64,000 bases of DNA from Octopus bimaculoides (lineage: Eukaryota), in assembly GCF_001194135.2 (NCBI RefSeq), contig NC_068993.1, positions 43,536,113 through 43,600,112 on the forward strand. Reading direction: 5' to 3'. Position 1 is the stretch's first letter. Every line of letters begins with the position of its first letter. Made by a program: the position numbers and the translations under genes. Below the pieces are notes generated by a model. It made no database searches, was not told the origin of the DNA, and saw only the letters and a program-made list of their open reading frames with translations. This document shows, piece by piece, positions 26,246-38,844 of the stretch.

Positions 26246-26747
26246 ACATATTTGATCTTACCATGTGGCATCTTGGTTAAGTGTCTTTTACCATAGTCTC
26301 AGATTGACAAATGCCTTATAAGGAGAATTTAGTTGACAGAAACTGTGCAGAAGCTTGACATATCATCAGCAGCATTTATCAGTATTTTGATGTCTACCTT
26401 TCCATGCTTGCATGGGTCAGATTGAGTTTGTTGAGGCAAATTTTCTGCTGCTGGATGGGCCTTTCTCTCACTAAGCCTCACCTGTTTTCAAGCAAAGTAA
26501 TATTTCCCCATGACCAGACATGTTTTTCATGAAAGATTGGAAATAAATGACACCCCTTGCATGATAGTGATGTTTGTTCACAACTATCATGCTCTGTCAA
26601 GACACACACACGCACACAATCATCATCATCACTTAACATGTCTTCCATGCTGAAGTATGATAGAGGGACAGGCGCAGGTGTCTTGCTATAGAAGAGGAAA
26701 TGTGGCTCCTCCACCCACCCTTATATAATACACATAACCACACCGAA

Positions 26748-26890
26748 AGTGTAGTGGGTGCTTTTTACATGCCACCAGCATGAGGGCCAGTCAGGCAGTA
26801 CTAGCATCAAGCACTATTCAAGTGTGGTGGATACCAGTACCAGCTGACTGGCCCTCATGCCAGTGGCATGTAAAAAGCACCCACTACACT
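26748..26890. repeat. 55-bp inverted repeat formed by two head-to-head family-B segments
   Basis: Arms 26748-26802 and 26836-26890 match at 50/55 positions, with a 33-nt spacer. Confidence 0.88.
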
Positions 26891-27040
26891 CTCAGAATGG
26901 TTGACATTAGGAAAGGCATCCAACCATGGAAACCAAACCAAACCAGACTGGAGCCTGATACAGCTCTCTGGCTTAGAAGTTCCAGTCAAACCATCTAACC
27001 CATGCCAGCATGGAAAACAGACTCTAAATGATGATGATGA

Positions 27041-27093
<53 letters not shown>

Positions 27094-27939
27094 TACAACT
27101 GAGTGAACAAAGGAAAGAAAGTAGTACTGAACACATTTAGTTGGTGTAAAATATGTTTAATAACAGTGTGACTCAGCTCCAAAAGTTAATGACATGTTTA
27201 TCTCATTAAATGTTCAGGATCAGAGTGTAGGTTTTGTGACAAATTCAAGATGGCTTCTAAGTGTTTAGACCTCTATTTAGTCTGCTCAGATGACATGGTA
27301 TTAATGCTATCAAAGCAACACAAGCTATTTTCATCATTTTTAAGTCAACATGTCCATATGGGATGCTGGTGCCACTGTGGAAGCAAGACAATGGTCAACC
27401 TATAGCTATTCTAGACGATACCAGCCAACAACAGTGTCATGCAGTATAAATGAAACTTAAGCCCTGTAGTACCAAAGTGAACTTATTAACTGTATGACCA
27501 TTCCTATGTGTATACCAATATTAGCTGTGTGTTCTTGCTTTCCCAATATTTCTATTGTAGCTCAAATTTATCTGTATTAGTATTGAAAACCTCCAACCAG
27601 CTTTCTAACATTTCTTTTACAAATCTCAAAATTATTTTCCCTCGACCAATATAAATTAATCACCGATTCCATGTAAACCAATTTTTAGAGATTTTTTTTT
27701 TTTATTTATATTTTTTTTCTCCATTTCTGCTACAGAATCGAAATAAGTTGGTTTGATTTGATTTGAATTTTTTTTTTTTTTTTTTTTTACTTGTTCCCCC
27801 TGTTTAAGAAGAAACTTCAAATTGCTGGCATGTATTCTTATATCAAAGACTTCTGGTTACTTGCTTGTCAACTTTATTTGATATTGATATATTGATGTTT
27901 TTAACTGGTTCCCAATATCATGGCAACTAATAATTCTCT

Positions 27940-28330
27940 CTTCTCCCAGTTCTCTTCTCTCTATGACTGTATCTCTCTCTCTCACCATCTTTCTTTAACT
28001 TATTCTCTTCATCACATTCTTTCTCTCCCTGTTCTCTCTCACCTTCCCTCTTCTTCCTCACTCCCCTTCACTTGTGTGCCTGTCTCACACCCTCTACTTT
28101 CTCCCTTCTCTCTCCCCTCTTCTTGCTTCCTTTCTCTCTCAACTTATTGTATTGCTTTTGCCCTCTCTTCAACATCGCTTTCTCTCTTTCCATCTACTCT
28201 ATCTATCTCTCTCTCTCTCTCTCTTCATCTATCTCACCTGACCTCTACCATTATCTCCTATCTCCCATCTCCCTCCTTTTCTCTTTTTCATAATCAATCT
28301 AAACTATTTCTCTGTCCCCTATGTCCCACT
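27940..28330. repeat. About 390-bp pyrimidine-rich low-complexity tract
   Basis: C/T-dominated on the + strand; a similar tract at 9620-9921 runs into a gap. Confidence 0.85.
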
Positions 28331-29207
28331 GTCCACAATTATTTAATCCCCTTCAATACAAAAACACTACAAACATTCTCCATAAAGAAATAAATACCCC
28401 AGTGATAATAAGACATAAACAAAATACTACACTAACTCAAATTCATATTTAAATGCTGTGTTCAAAACATAGCTTCCATGACACTATAGATTGAATTCTC
28501 TGGTCTTTTTCTATGTTTTCTCTTTGTTTTGTTTTGTTTTTATTTTACTGATACTTTTTTCCTTTTGTCCTCAACCGTATCACATTGTGCAGGAATATCC
28601 GAATATTGATGAATATTAAAAGCTTTAGATTTCATTTCAGAGGCATCTTAATAGCTTGAGTGTGAATGATAATGGACAAATAGTGTTGTGTAGCTTCTTG
28701 TGACTGCTAATTTTGAATAAGAATTAAAAGAAAATAGAAAAATTAAATCTCTCATGAACTTTGGGTTCCATTGAGAAAGTTACTTCCTCCTATTTTTCTG
28801 TAACTCTTCAATGAATGAGAGACGAATTTCTCCTTGAATAGAAAACCAGACTGCTGTTGGTAATTTTCTTACAAGTCCTGGCATCTGTCTCTAACAAACT
28901 TAGGTGAACTGTGGAAGGAAGGACAGAAGGAAGATGGGATAACTTGTATCTTAATAAGAGACCCAGTAGAATAAATACTTGCTGTAGATTTAATTCCTCA
29001 ACTAATTACTGTTAGTCTACTACTGTAGCCAATTGTCTATTTTACTTCTGCTGAAGAATTCGTTCATCTGTTTTACAACCATCTTTCTGTGCTAGCATGG
29101 GTTAGAAGAGAAATATTTGGTCAATTTTACAATTCTTTTCCTTCAAGATGGATCTTTATACTGGTTCTGCAGAAAATGCTTGTAACAGAAGTAGTGCATT
29201 ATTATTA

Positions 29208-29575
29208 TAGATGTCACACAGTATACAATATCATGAGGTTGTTGATTGAAAATATTGTGTCTACTGGAGGTTTGTACTGTTTGTCAAGTCACAAGGACCT
29301 CAGGCAGACTACTTTACACTATGCATACAATTCCAAGTAATGCCGACTTTTGCAATACATCTAGATTGTAGGGTATCTCTAAGGTTTTCAGATGTTTTTT
29401 TCAGATTGGGTGGTATTGAACCCAATGCTCCGATGACAATAGGGATAACCTTTTTGTCCGACTCTTGTAGCTGCCACATCTTAGTGATCTCAATTCTCAG
29501 GTCTCCATATTTATCAACTTTTTCTCTTTTTTTCATATGTTGATCTCCTGGCACTGCTACATCAATTATTAGGCA
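29208..29575 (-). mobile_element. 5'-truncated R4/Dong-clade non-LTR retrotransposon 3' end (restriction-like endonuclease domain plus 3' UTR)
   Basis: The minus strand reads CLIIDVAVPGDQHMKKREKVDKYGDLRIEITKMWQLQESDKKVIPIVIGALGSIPPNLKK. After a +1 slip in the A7 run (29395-29401) it continues HLKTLEIPYNLDVLQKSALLGIVCIV*, typical of the RLE C-terminus of R4/Dong elements. Flanked by the direct repeat GCATTATTATTA (29196-29207 and 29573-29584). Confidence 0.82.
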
Positions 29576-29585
29576 TTATTATTAA

Positions 29586-29800
29586 GGCAGTGAGCTGGCA
29601 GAATCGTTAACACGCTGGACGAAATGCTTAGCGGTATTTCGCCCGTCGCTACGTTCTGAGTTCAAATTCTGCCAAGGTCAATTTTTGCCTTTCATCATTT
29701 CAGGGTTGATAAATTAAGTACCAGTTGAGTACTGGGGTCGATGTAATTGACTATTTCCCTCCCCCAATTTTCAGTCCTTATACCTATATTAGAAAGGATT
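29586..29800 (+). mobile_element. tRNA-derived SINE, family A, near-consensus copy embedded in (TAT)n
   Basis: A-box-like TGGCAGAATCG (29596-29606), B-box-like GAGTTCAAATTCT (29658-29670), body tttgcctttcatc...aagtaccagttgagtactggggtcgat; TAT triplets on both sides. Confidence 0.85.
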
Positions 29801-29932
29801 ATTATTATTTATAATTATTATTATTATTATTATTATTATTATCATCATCATCATCATCATCACTACTGCAGCCACTGCAGCTACTACTACTACAACAACA
29901 ACTATTATTATTATTGTTGTTGTTATTATTAT
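29797..29932. repeat. Compound trinucleotide array (TAT/CAT/CAC/TAC/AAC/TGT)
   Basis: Direct reading; continues from the 3' end of the family A SINE. Confidence 0.92.
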
Positions 29933-31140
29933 TTGCATCATTCTATGGCTGGCTTAGAATATCTAATGTAAAATAAATATACTTTTGTCTAAATTAGAAA
30001 ACTTTTTCTTAAATTTAAAAATTTATTTTTATTTTATTTATTTGTTGTCACACACACACACACATATATATATATCGTTTCCATTTTTATATGTTGTAAT
30101 CAGTAGCATGAATGAAAATTGATAGCCAGGAATATTTCTAGTAATTTTCTTGTGTGAACTACTTACATACAGAGAGAGAGAGAGAAAGTTCCTCATTCAC
30201 AGATTAGCTTATATAGTTCAGTATTTTTGGATTTATTATTTGCCATTATATTTCTTTTATTTTTGTTCTTTTGTATTTTTGGTATAGACTTCTTTCTTCT
30301 GGTATTCCTAATATAGTTACAGTTTGTTTTGTTTTGTTTTTGGTCTTTTCTTGTGTTCTTCTCTTAGAATATTATTATCTACTACTTGCAGCTTCATCAC
30401 ACACTCCAGTAATTTATTGATTCTTCGGTGTTATGAAGTAGAAGATTTTTAAACTAGCTTTGTAATAATTCCTCATTCATTGATATCAAACTTGGAATAT
30501 TTTGGAAAAAAAAAAAAAAAAACAACAAAAAATTACTGAGAATTTATTGTTGTTGTAGTTGTTATTGTTACTTTTTAATAGTATATTTCAGAGACCTTTA
30601 ACATTTTCAATTACAAATACAATCAAGTTTTAAAAAAATAAATTAAAAGAGAGAAACAGATAAATACTGCATGTTGTTGTATATCTCTATATTTTTGTAT
30701 TGGTTATAAGGTGAGCAATGCTATTAATCTGTGAAATAACGTATCTATTGTAGATAATATTGTAGCTATGTGTGTAGCCGTCACTCATGAGCTGCAGATA
30801 TGGCTCACCTCCTTCTACTATGGTGAGAAGCTGGCAGAATCATTAAGCACATCAGACAAAATGCTTAGTGGTATTTCTTGCGATTCTTTACATTCCAATT
30901 TCAAATCTCATGGAGGCCAAATTTGTTTTTCATCCCTTTGGAGTCGATAAAAATAAATTACCAGTCAAGTACTGGGGTTGATGTAATCAACATGCCCCTT
31001 CAGTCAAAATTACTGGCCTTGAATCCTGCTATGGATGGACATCTCTCTCAAATGGAATGCTCTGACCTGTGTAGTATAATTTTTTGTCCTCGGATAGCAA
31101 CTGTTATTTCCTATTTCCTGAAAACTTTGCTTATGCTGCC

Positions 31141-31295
31141 TTTATTCAAACCCCCAAAGAATCCCTCTCAGTACATGGCTATGACGCTCCCCCCACTACT
31201 CCTGTTCATGCGCATATTGTCAGCCACTAAGGGACATGCACAAGTGGTTAAGGTCAAGCAACTGAGAAGCAAATCTGTGGTATTGAGCGAAATAT
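31141..31295 (-). mobile_element. Partial copy of the 21201-21720 element
   Basis: aaagaatccctctc..catggctatga...cagccactaagggacatgc...aagcaaatctgtggt is the reverse complement of about 21320-21445. Confidence 0.72.
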
Positions 31296-32276
31296 AGCAA
31301 CTCCACACTGAATCTGTCTGAATTGTCATGGAAAATAGGTCAGTTTCAAAACCTTGATGTCCAGGTCAGAAAAGCAAAGTTTGAAGGGAATAGTAGTCAT
31401 TTTCTTTGGTTTCTAGATAGAAGCAAAAAGGAAATAACACTTACTGACCAAAGACAAAAAAATATAAAAAGTTTTGCATCCAACCATGACCCACTAAGTA
31501 TTTTAGGTACCTATCTAGTTACAAGGTCCTTCTAACCTTCATCTAGAACATCCAGGAAGTGACAGGTGGTGAGAGAGAGAGAGGGTTGCACCAGCACCTA
31601 GTTGGTACTCAGTATGCTGAGAAGACTAGAGCAATGGAAATGAAGTGCCTTGCTCAAGTTCACCAGACCTATCCAGGAATTGAACCCACAAGCTTGTGGT
31701 CATAAGCCAAATACCTCTAACCACTAAGTCACACACCTCACTGCTGCAGTATATTTATGTGAATAAATATGTGTATATTGTAACTAATCTGAAGTAGGTA
31801 TTAATAGTCTTAGCAACAAATGATATTACTATAGTAAAAGAAAAGAAAATCTGTCTACGTAAATAAAAAATAAGCTAGTTTAAGATGTAAATAAAGAAGA
31901 ATATCAAAGCCATGGACTAATATGATTATCAAATTATGGTAGAAGTCAGAGAAATACTTGTTAAGCTGATAACTTATTTTTTTTAAGAATAAATGGTAAT
32001 ATTCTTGTTCTGCTTTATATTGTCTTAACCTTTCTGATACATCCATTAGTAACAAAAGTCTAATCAAACAAGTATAATCGTCATCAATTTTAGGTCGGCT
32101 TTCAATGCTGGTTTGAGCCAGACAGGTCATCACAGCCCAACTCAGTTGTTACTCAGATCTACTACCCTCATAGAAGCATAAGAGAGAACCAAGTATTATT
32201 TGTTCCTTTCATTTTCAGTATATTTACTATGCCTGAATTCCATTTGTTATCATCAACCACAGTTTATTATGGCACC

Positions 32277-32664
32277 GTGGGGGCACAATGGCCTAGTGAT
32301 TAGGGCAGCGGACACGCAGTTGTAGGATCGCGGTTTTGATTCCAAGACCGGGCGTTGTGAGTGTTTATTGAGCAAAAACACCTAAAGCTCCACGAGGCTC
32401 CGGCAGGGGATGGTGGCGAACCCTGCTGTACTCTTTCACCACAACTTTCTTGCACTCTTTCTTCCTGTTTCTGTTGTGCCTGTAATTCAAAGGGTCAGCC
32501 TTGTCATACTGTGTCACACTGAATATCCCTGAGAATTACATTAAGGGTACACGTGTCTGTGGAGTGCTCAGCCACTTGCACGTTAATTTCACGAGCAGGC
32601 TGTTCTGTTGATTGGATCAACTGGAACCCTCGACGTCGTAAGCGACGGAGTGCCAACAACAACA
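32277..32664 (+). mobile_element. Full-length tRNA-derived SINE (family D variant) with TSD and (CAA)n tail
   Basis: A-box-like TGGCCTAGTGA (32288-32298), B-box-like GGTTTTGATTCC (32332-32343) and 3' tail caacaacaaca. Perfect 11-bp TSD ATTATGGCACC at 32266-32276 and 32665-32675. Confidence 0.88.
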
Positions 32665-33329
32665 ATTATGGCACCAGTAAAATAATATCAAAGAGTCTCT
32701 TGACTTTATGCTTTCTCTGCTTTGTTTACTCACCACCTTAGAGAGGGTGTTGGGTACATCTTTTTGTGGGCACCTACCATGTCTTCAACAAAACAAGGTG
32801 AACCTGTTTTGTCAAAGACATAACTATCTCTAATGTTGAAGATGAGGTTTCAATCCAAAGTGAAATTTCAGTTTTAAATTAATAAATGAACTCTACTACT
32901 AAGTCCTTAAACACTTGTTGGGTGATAAGCTTAATCCCACAATTTAATGCCTGTGAGAGTGACTTTATGCTAATCAGTTGAGTAGTCTTACAATGGTTAT
33001 AGTCAAAGATCTCTCCTCTGAGAAACTTTGTTAGTCAGTGAGTGACTTTGCTGTGATGTGGTCAGGAATGATTGTCTTGAAGTAACTCTAACCCTTCAGA
33101 TTACTTTGTCTAATGTAATGCTTTTTTTATTACCCTGTGCGTGTAAATGAAAGTAGGGTATTGTAACCACTCGTCTTTGTCTATGCATTTGCAAAATTGC
33201 TGGAAAACAGCTGAATGGATTTTCACCAAATTTGGCAGAAATTTTCATTGAGTGAGTGGCTCGAACTCATTAAATCTTGGTTTGGTGAATCAAAATGGGC
33301 TTAATCCTCTCATTACTGTATTTATTTTG

Positions 33330-33526
33330 AGATGCTCTATGTTTCTCTCAATTATTTTAGATATAACAAAGAATTTAGTAAAATAACTTAGTTATCATTA
33401 TGCTAGTGTTAGGAACATTAATTTGTGACTAAGGTTTGGTGGAAGATTTTAACTCAAAACTTATGTAAACAAGACATTTGTACTACAGAGCCAGAGCCAG
33501 TTTCAACCAGGTTGGTAACGAAAGGG
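33330..33526 (+). mobile_element. Partial piggyBac-type MITE related to family 2 (left end lost)
   Basis: Shares aaagaatttagtaaaataact and ends GGTTGGTAACGAAAGGG|TTAA (33527-33530). Confidence 0.55.
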
Positions 33527-34812
33527 TTAAAACTACGGAGTGGATTTTAGCCTTTTTACCAGTCATCTTTATCTTCTTTTGTCGTCAGGTCTGGACTTTG
33601 TTAGTACATGGGGTTTTCATTATGATGGCTGATGTACAACATTAATCCAGTCAGTATCAGGTAGATATCTTAATCAATTACAAAGGATTCCTTGGTACAC
33701 ATTTTCACACACACACACACACACATGCATGCACATGTGTATACGGTTAGATGTATGATTACTACCTGATGAATTTAGAGCTCCACTTATAGTATCATTA
33801 TCCAGTCTTCAAGTAAAGCAGTTGATCTGCATTAACATAATTTAATAAAGTGTTCCATATATATATATATATGTGTGTGTGTGTATAATTTGATATATTT
33901 GTATAAATTATGTAAAATGGTGATGTCTGTGTATAAAGCTAGTGTATTAATATGAGATTTAAGTTTCTGCTTAAAACTGAATTGAGCCACCCAATAATAA
34001 CACTACATTGATGCTGTGGAATGTATGCCTGTTTCTAATTGGATTCATTTAGAATGTCTCTCCAACTAGTTTCTATGAAAAATTCTATATATTTCTTAAA
34101 TTACTTTTATAATTATTTGTATTAGAATCTTGATAGTTTTAATAGCCACGTCATTTTGTTTTAAAACTGCCTCTAACAATCTTCAGATTCCAAATTGCAT
34201 TTTCTTAAGTCCTTAATGTCAAGAAAAAATGTAATTTTGTGAAAAGAGCCAAATACTGAATCTTTGTTTAATGCAAGATGACAGCAGTTATTTCCTGATA
34301 AGATATATTAAAGATTTTTAATTGAATCATTAATATTTCGCCATACAAATGAACATTGCGTCAATTCTGTTGAAAGATCATCTCAGTTGAGATAATTAAA
34401 TAATGTTTCCATTCGCTATAAACTCATAACCAATAGGCTGCTACATGATGTTACATGGATTCTGTTTGGTTGTAGGTTAATTTTCTTGTTAAATATGCAA
34501 AGTTTTCCATCAATATCCTTAATTTACTTTTCGTTAACATTAAATATTTGTTTCGCAATTTCAATAACAAAAAAATCATGAATTGAGAATCAAAAACAAT
34601 GGTTTAATACCTTCAACACACAAAGAATCTGTTGACTGTCACTTCTTCCTTGAGGGGTTCTGAATTCCAAAATAGTATCGACCTTTCTCAATTGCTACAC
34701 TAGTTTGTTTTGTTTTTTTTTGGTCTTTACTACTGAATCTTTTAATGATCTTTGAGATCATTAAATTTGCTTCATGTTTTATTATCAATAATGGCAGAGC
34801 ACCACTTTATTT

Positions 34813-35060
34813 GTGAAGGCGTGTGTCCTAGTGGTTAGGGTGTTGTGCTCATGATCCCAAGATCATGGTTTCAATTCCAGGACTGAGCAATGTGTCGTAT
34901 TCCTGAGTAAAATACTTAATTTCTCATTGCTCCAATTCATTCACCTGTAAATGAGTAACCCTGCAATGGACTTGCATCCTATCCAGAGGAATGCTGTGAT
35001 CTCATTCACTTATATGTCATAGAAACCAAGTAATCACCCCTATGAATCCTAGAATTCAAA
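34813..35060 (+). mobile_element. tRNA-derived SINE, family D
   Basis: gtgaaggcgtgtgtcctagtggttagggtgttg...ggtttcaattcc head and the shared core. Confidence 0.7.
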
Positions 35061-35244
35061 ACAGTACTTACTTTTATAACTCCCTTTCATTTGGTTGTGC
35101 CCATGCTAAGGGACCACCTTGAAATTTTAGTCAAATGAATTGACCCCAGTACTTCCATTTTTTTTTTTATAAGCCAGGTACTTATTCTATCAGTATCATT
35201 TGTCAAACCAGTAGGTTACATCCCATGCATAACTAACAGATTAT

Positions 35245-35600
35245 AGATATCATCCAACCATCACATTTACCCCGAGGTCTGCTGGTTGTTAGGCCAGCTT
35301 AAAGGATCTGTCTTGTAATTCTTTCCTACAATATTCTAATCCCATGTCAGTCATACCAGAGCTGTGACCTCTCAATCCAGAGAAGTAGTTGCTCAGCCTG
35401 GAGAGACTCCATAATTTCTGAGTCTCAAACTCTATCAAGTGACATTACTCCAGCGATCCGTTAGAGGAACCCCATTTCATCTACTTTTATACACAATTGC
35501 ACTCCATTCATTACCCAGCATTCATGGTCATAGGTCACAGCTTTCAGATGGCTTTTAAAACTATTTTAGCAAATCTCTCACCTTACGCTTTGACTGCAAC
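35245..35600 (-). mobile_element. Degenerate RTE-clade (Rex3/Expander-like) LINE, C-terminal ORF fragment
   Basis: The minus strand, read across stops and frameshifts, gives TYDHECWVM...EMGFL*RIAGVMSLDRV*DSEIMESLQAEQLLLWIERSQL...RPRG. This matches the recalled RTE pattern TYGHESW...EMSFLRRVAG.SL.DRVRSS.IRE.L.VEPLLL.IERSQLRW.GH...RPRGRP. Confidence 0.72.
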
Positions 35601-38476
35601 TATTTTGATCTGAAACATATGTTAAACCCAATATTATTATATTTCAGAAGAAATATAACTAATAAAGCCTATAAACTCACTCATTGATTGTTGCTAGTCT
35701 ATATTTCCCTTTTGCTTTCCAAAGTGGTTGTCTATATCCACCAAAAAGTTTTCCTCACATCAATCCATAGCCTTTTCAATGGTTTGATATATTTTCAAAC
35801 ATTTGATTTTTAACTGATTTTATGTTTGTTAAATTTCTAATTGCAATCGTGTGATGTGATGATATTATAGTATCGTTGTTTATTTTGTATCATTTTGTTG
35901 CTGTCAACAAAAGAATTTGGATGTATGTGTGTGGCTGATCTTAGTTGCTTTTCAGTTTATTTCATCCTTATTACTTGTGTATTACTGTTCAGAAAAAAAT
36001 ATGTCTGTTCATGGAGAAATATTTACCTTGCTTGGAAACAGGTGAGGGTTTTTGAAAGGAAGAGCTTCCAGCCATAGGAAGTCTGCCTTAATAAATTTCA
36101 TCTGACCCATATCAGCATGGAAGAGTGGACATTAAGACGACAACATTGACAATGCTAAGAGCGCCAAAATATTTTTATTTACTCAGAAGTATCCCATGAG
36201 TTAAAAAAAATATTTGGTAACAAAAGTCTTAAGCGATGTACTGACTATTTTATACATCTACCTATTTATGTTGCTATTCCTTTGGGTTGATACAATACAT
36301 TATAATATATAAGCAGCCACCTATGTGCATTTCCCTCTATCACTATTGCTATCCACCTGTCACTCACCTCTCACACTCCCTGGAGGCTTACCTGCCCACC
36401 CACACCACTCTTCTTACATTTACCTTCATGTTAGTTGGGGGTACAACCTGACATGTCTTCAGCACCACTCTCTTTCCTAACTGGAGGAACTATATATCTC
36501 ATCTACAGCAAGACACCTGTTCCTGTCCTTCTATCATGCTTTAACCTCTCATCACTTCGGTTGAGTGATGGGGTTTGTCTTGTAAGTTACTTAGTATCCT
36601 CACTAGTGCCATGTAAGAAGTACTCTCTGTGAAGCACTTGGTTTCAGGAAGGTTGCACATAAAAGGCACCTGTGCCAGTGACCCTTAAAACGTACCCAGT
36701 ACACTCCGCAGAGTGGTTGGTGTTAAGAAGGGCAGCTCTCTGACTTACCAGTTCCAGTCAAACCATCTAACCCATGCCAGCATGGAACACAGACACTAGA
36801 AGATGGTGGTGGTGGTCGCCACCGCCACCATCGCCTTCATCATCCAGCTGTAGATATCTTACCAAGGCAGATATTGGAGCTTAGTGCTGTCCTCTCGATT
36901 GTCAGCTCCTGTCAAACATTCAGCCCAAGCCAGCATGGAAAACGAACATTAAGTGATGATGATGATGAAGAAGAGGAAGCAGCCTCCTCTGCATGTTAAA
37001 TCAAACTAAGTTGGCTCGCATATTTCAGTAACAACACTTATAATTTACTGACTTCCTGTCTACATCTTATTAAGGAATACTTATTGACCATAATAACTAT
37101 TTTGGTAGCTGCAAGTAATGTCTGCTTCAGCAAGTCCGAAATTTACTAATTGCTATAATTACATATTACACATACTTAAATATGAATCAAGCCAATAATA
37201 GGAGCTTCTATGTGGTCTCTTGATCTGCTAGAAATAGCAACTGAATTCCATTGAATTGTAATACACGACTGTCTTGCAGCAGGAATGCATTGACTTGTGC
37301 TAGATTTTCAAAGAGAAAAGTGAGCTAGCCAAGGCTGGAATGCACCTGATCATAGGTCTGCTTAATGAAGGCTAACCAAGGGTTTAAACAATGACCTTTA
37401 TATCAATACTATGATATAAGGTTATGGAGACAATGCTTGGAGAATGTTACTAAGTTACAGTTCTGTATGTGTGTGTGTGTTCATGAACCTGCAATGTATG
37501 AATGTGTGTGTGTGTGTGTGTGTTTAATGCTGGTGTCATAAGAATTTAGAAACTTGAAGAATGTGAAATAATTTTTTTTTTAAGGCTGCCTGAGTGACTT
37601 GTTTACTGGAGATGTGGGTTCATGTCCCACAGGCAACCTTCAACTAGTTTTTCATCCAAAGGGTTTTAACCCAATATTTACACATTATTATTTATAGCTT
37701 TATCTGCTCGGATTCACTGTTACAAAAAAGAATATGTAAACATATATATATATATATATGTGTATGTGTGTGTGTGTGAGGACACTATCATGAGATTGTG
37801 GTTTCAATTCCTAGACCGGTTGGTGTGTTGTGTTCTTAGGTGAAACACTTCATCTCATGTTGCTTTGCGATCACTTTGACACCTTATGCGTGGTACACCA
37901 TACACCTGTTCAGGCAATATCCATTTAATCGAGGGAATAAACTAAGGTACAGCTCATACATTTGACTACAATAAACAAATCAGCAAAAGTGATCTGCAAC
38001 AGGAGAGTCCATCATTATATATATATATATGTATGTATGTATATTGACAGGAGAGTCCATCACATATATTGAAATATATTAACTGAGGAAGGTCTTGCGT
38101 AAGGGATGTATCTCCTATTATATATCATGCAATGATCTGAAATGTGCATATTAAATGCTTTCATTAGAAAAATTGTAACAAAAGGTTTTAATTAATTCTG
38201 ATTTGAAAATGGCTAGTATTAACTTTGACATTTAAACACTAATAAAAAGACATACCTTTGAAATACCATTAGTTTTTTGTTTTGTTTCGTTTTGTCTTTT
38301 TTTTCTCTCTCTCTCTGGCTTGAGAGCTCCACAAGACTGGTAAGATCACTACACATCATTGGGGAATGAGAAGTGTTCAGGCTTAGAGGGTACAAGACAA
38401 CCTCACTTGACAAATGAGTGGAAACAATGTAAAATTATTAGGAGTGCTTTTTAATGTGCTGGTGTCCATGTTTTAA

Positions 38477-38704
38477 CCTTTTGATATCAACTCACCTGAG
38501 ATTGCCCTTGGTTCTATTAAACAAATTTCTAGTTTTCAAGTGATCTCACTTAAAAACTTTCATCAGAATTTCATGTTAATTTATGTTCCTAACACCAACT
38601 TCAAAATAACAAAGTTATTTTACTAAATTCTACTAAATTCATCATTTTCAAAATTAATTTAAACAAAGGCAGGGTATTTCCATAGAAATATGGTAACGAA
38701 AGGG
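38477..38704 (-). mobile_element. piggyBac-type MITE family 2, single copy, 140 bp upstream of the first Fat exon
   Basis: TTAA at 38473-38476 and 38705-38708; ends CCTTTTGATATCAA and TGGTAACGAAAGGG. Confidence 0.8.
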
Positions 38705-38844
38705 TTAAATGCAACCTATACAAAATAATTTTTTGTCATTGTTAATGTTCCTTTTGATTAGATCATTCCCCAAAATAATTGTCCTTGTGTGTATATTACA
38801 TATTATTTATGTTAATTTTTGGTGTGTTTTTTTTTTCCTTTCAG

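Noticed and set aside
28641-28705. ttcag acceptor followed by ...SVNDNGQI..., a cadherin-like word
   Set aside because: Lacks the preceding Asp and following Pro/Phe, hits a stop within about 20 codons, and has no suitable donor.
32277-32350. tRNA-like heads of families A, C and D as tRNA genes
   Set aside because: A and B boxes are present, but I could not build a cloverleaf, and each continues into a shared SINE body and tail.
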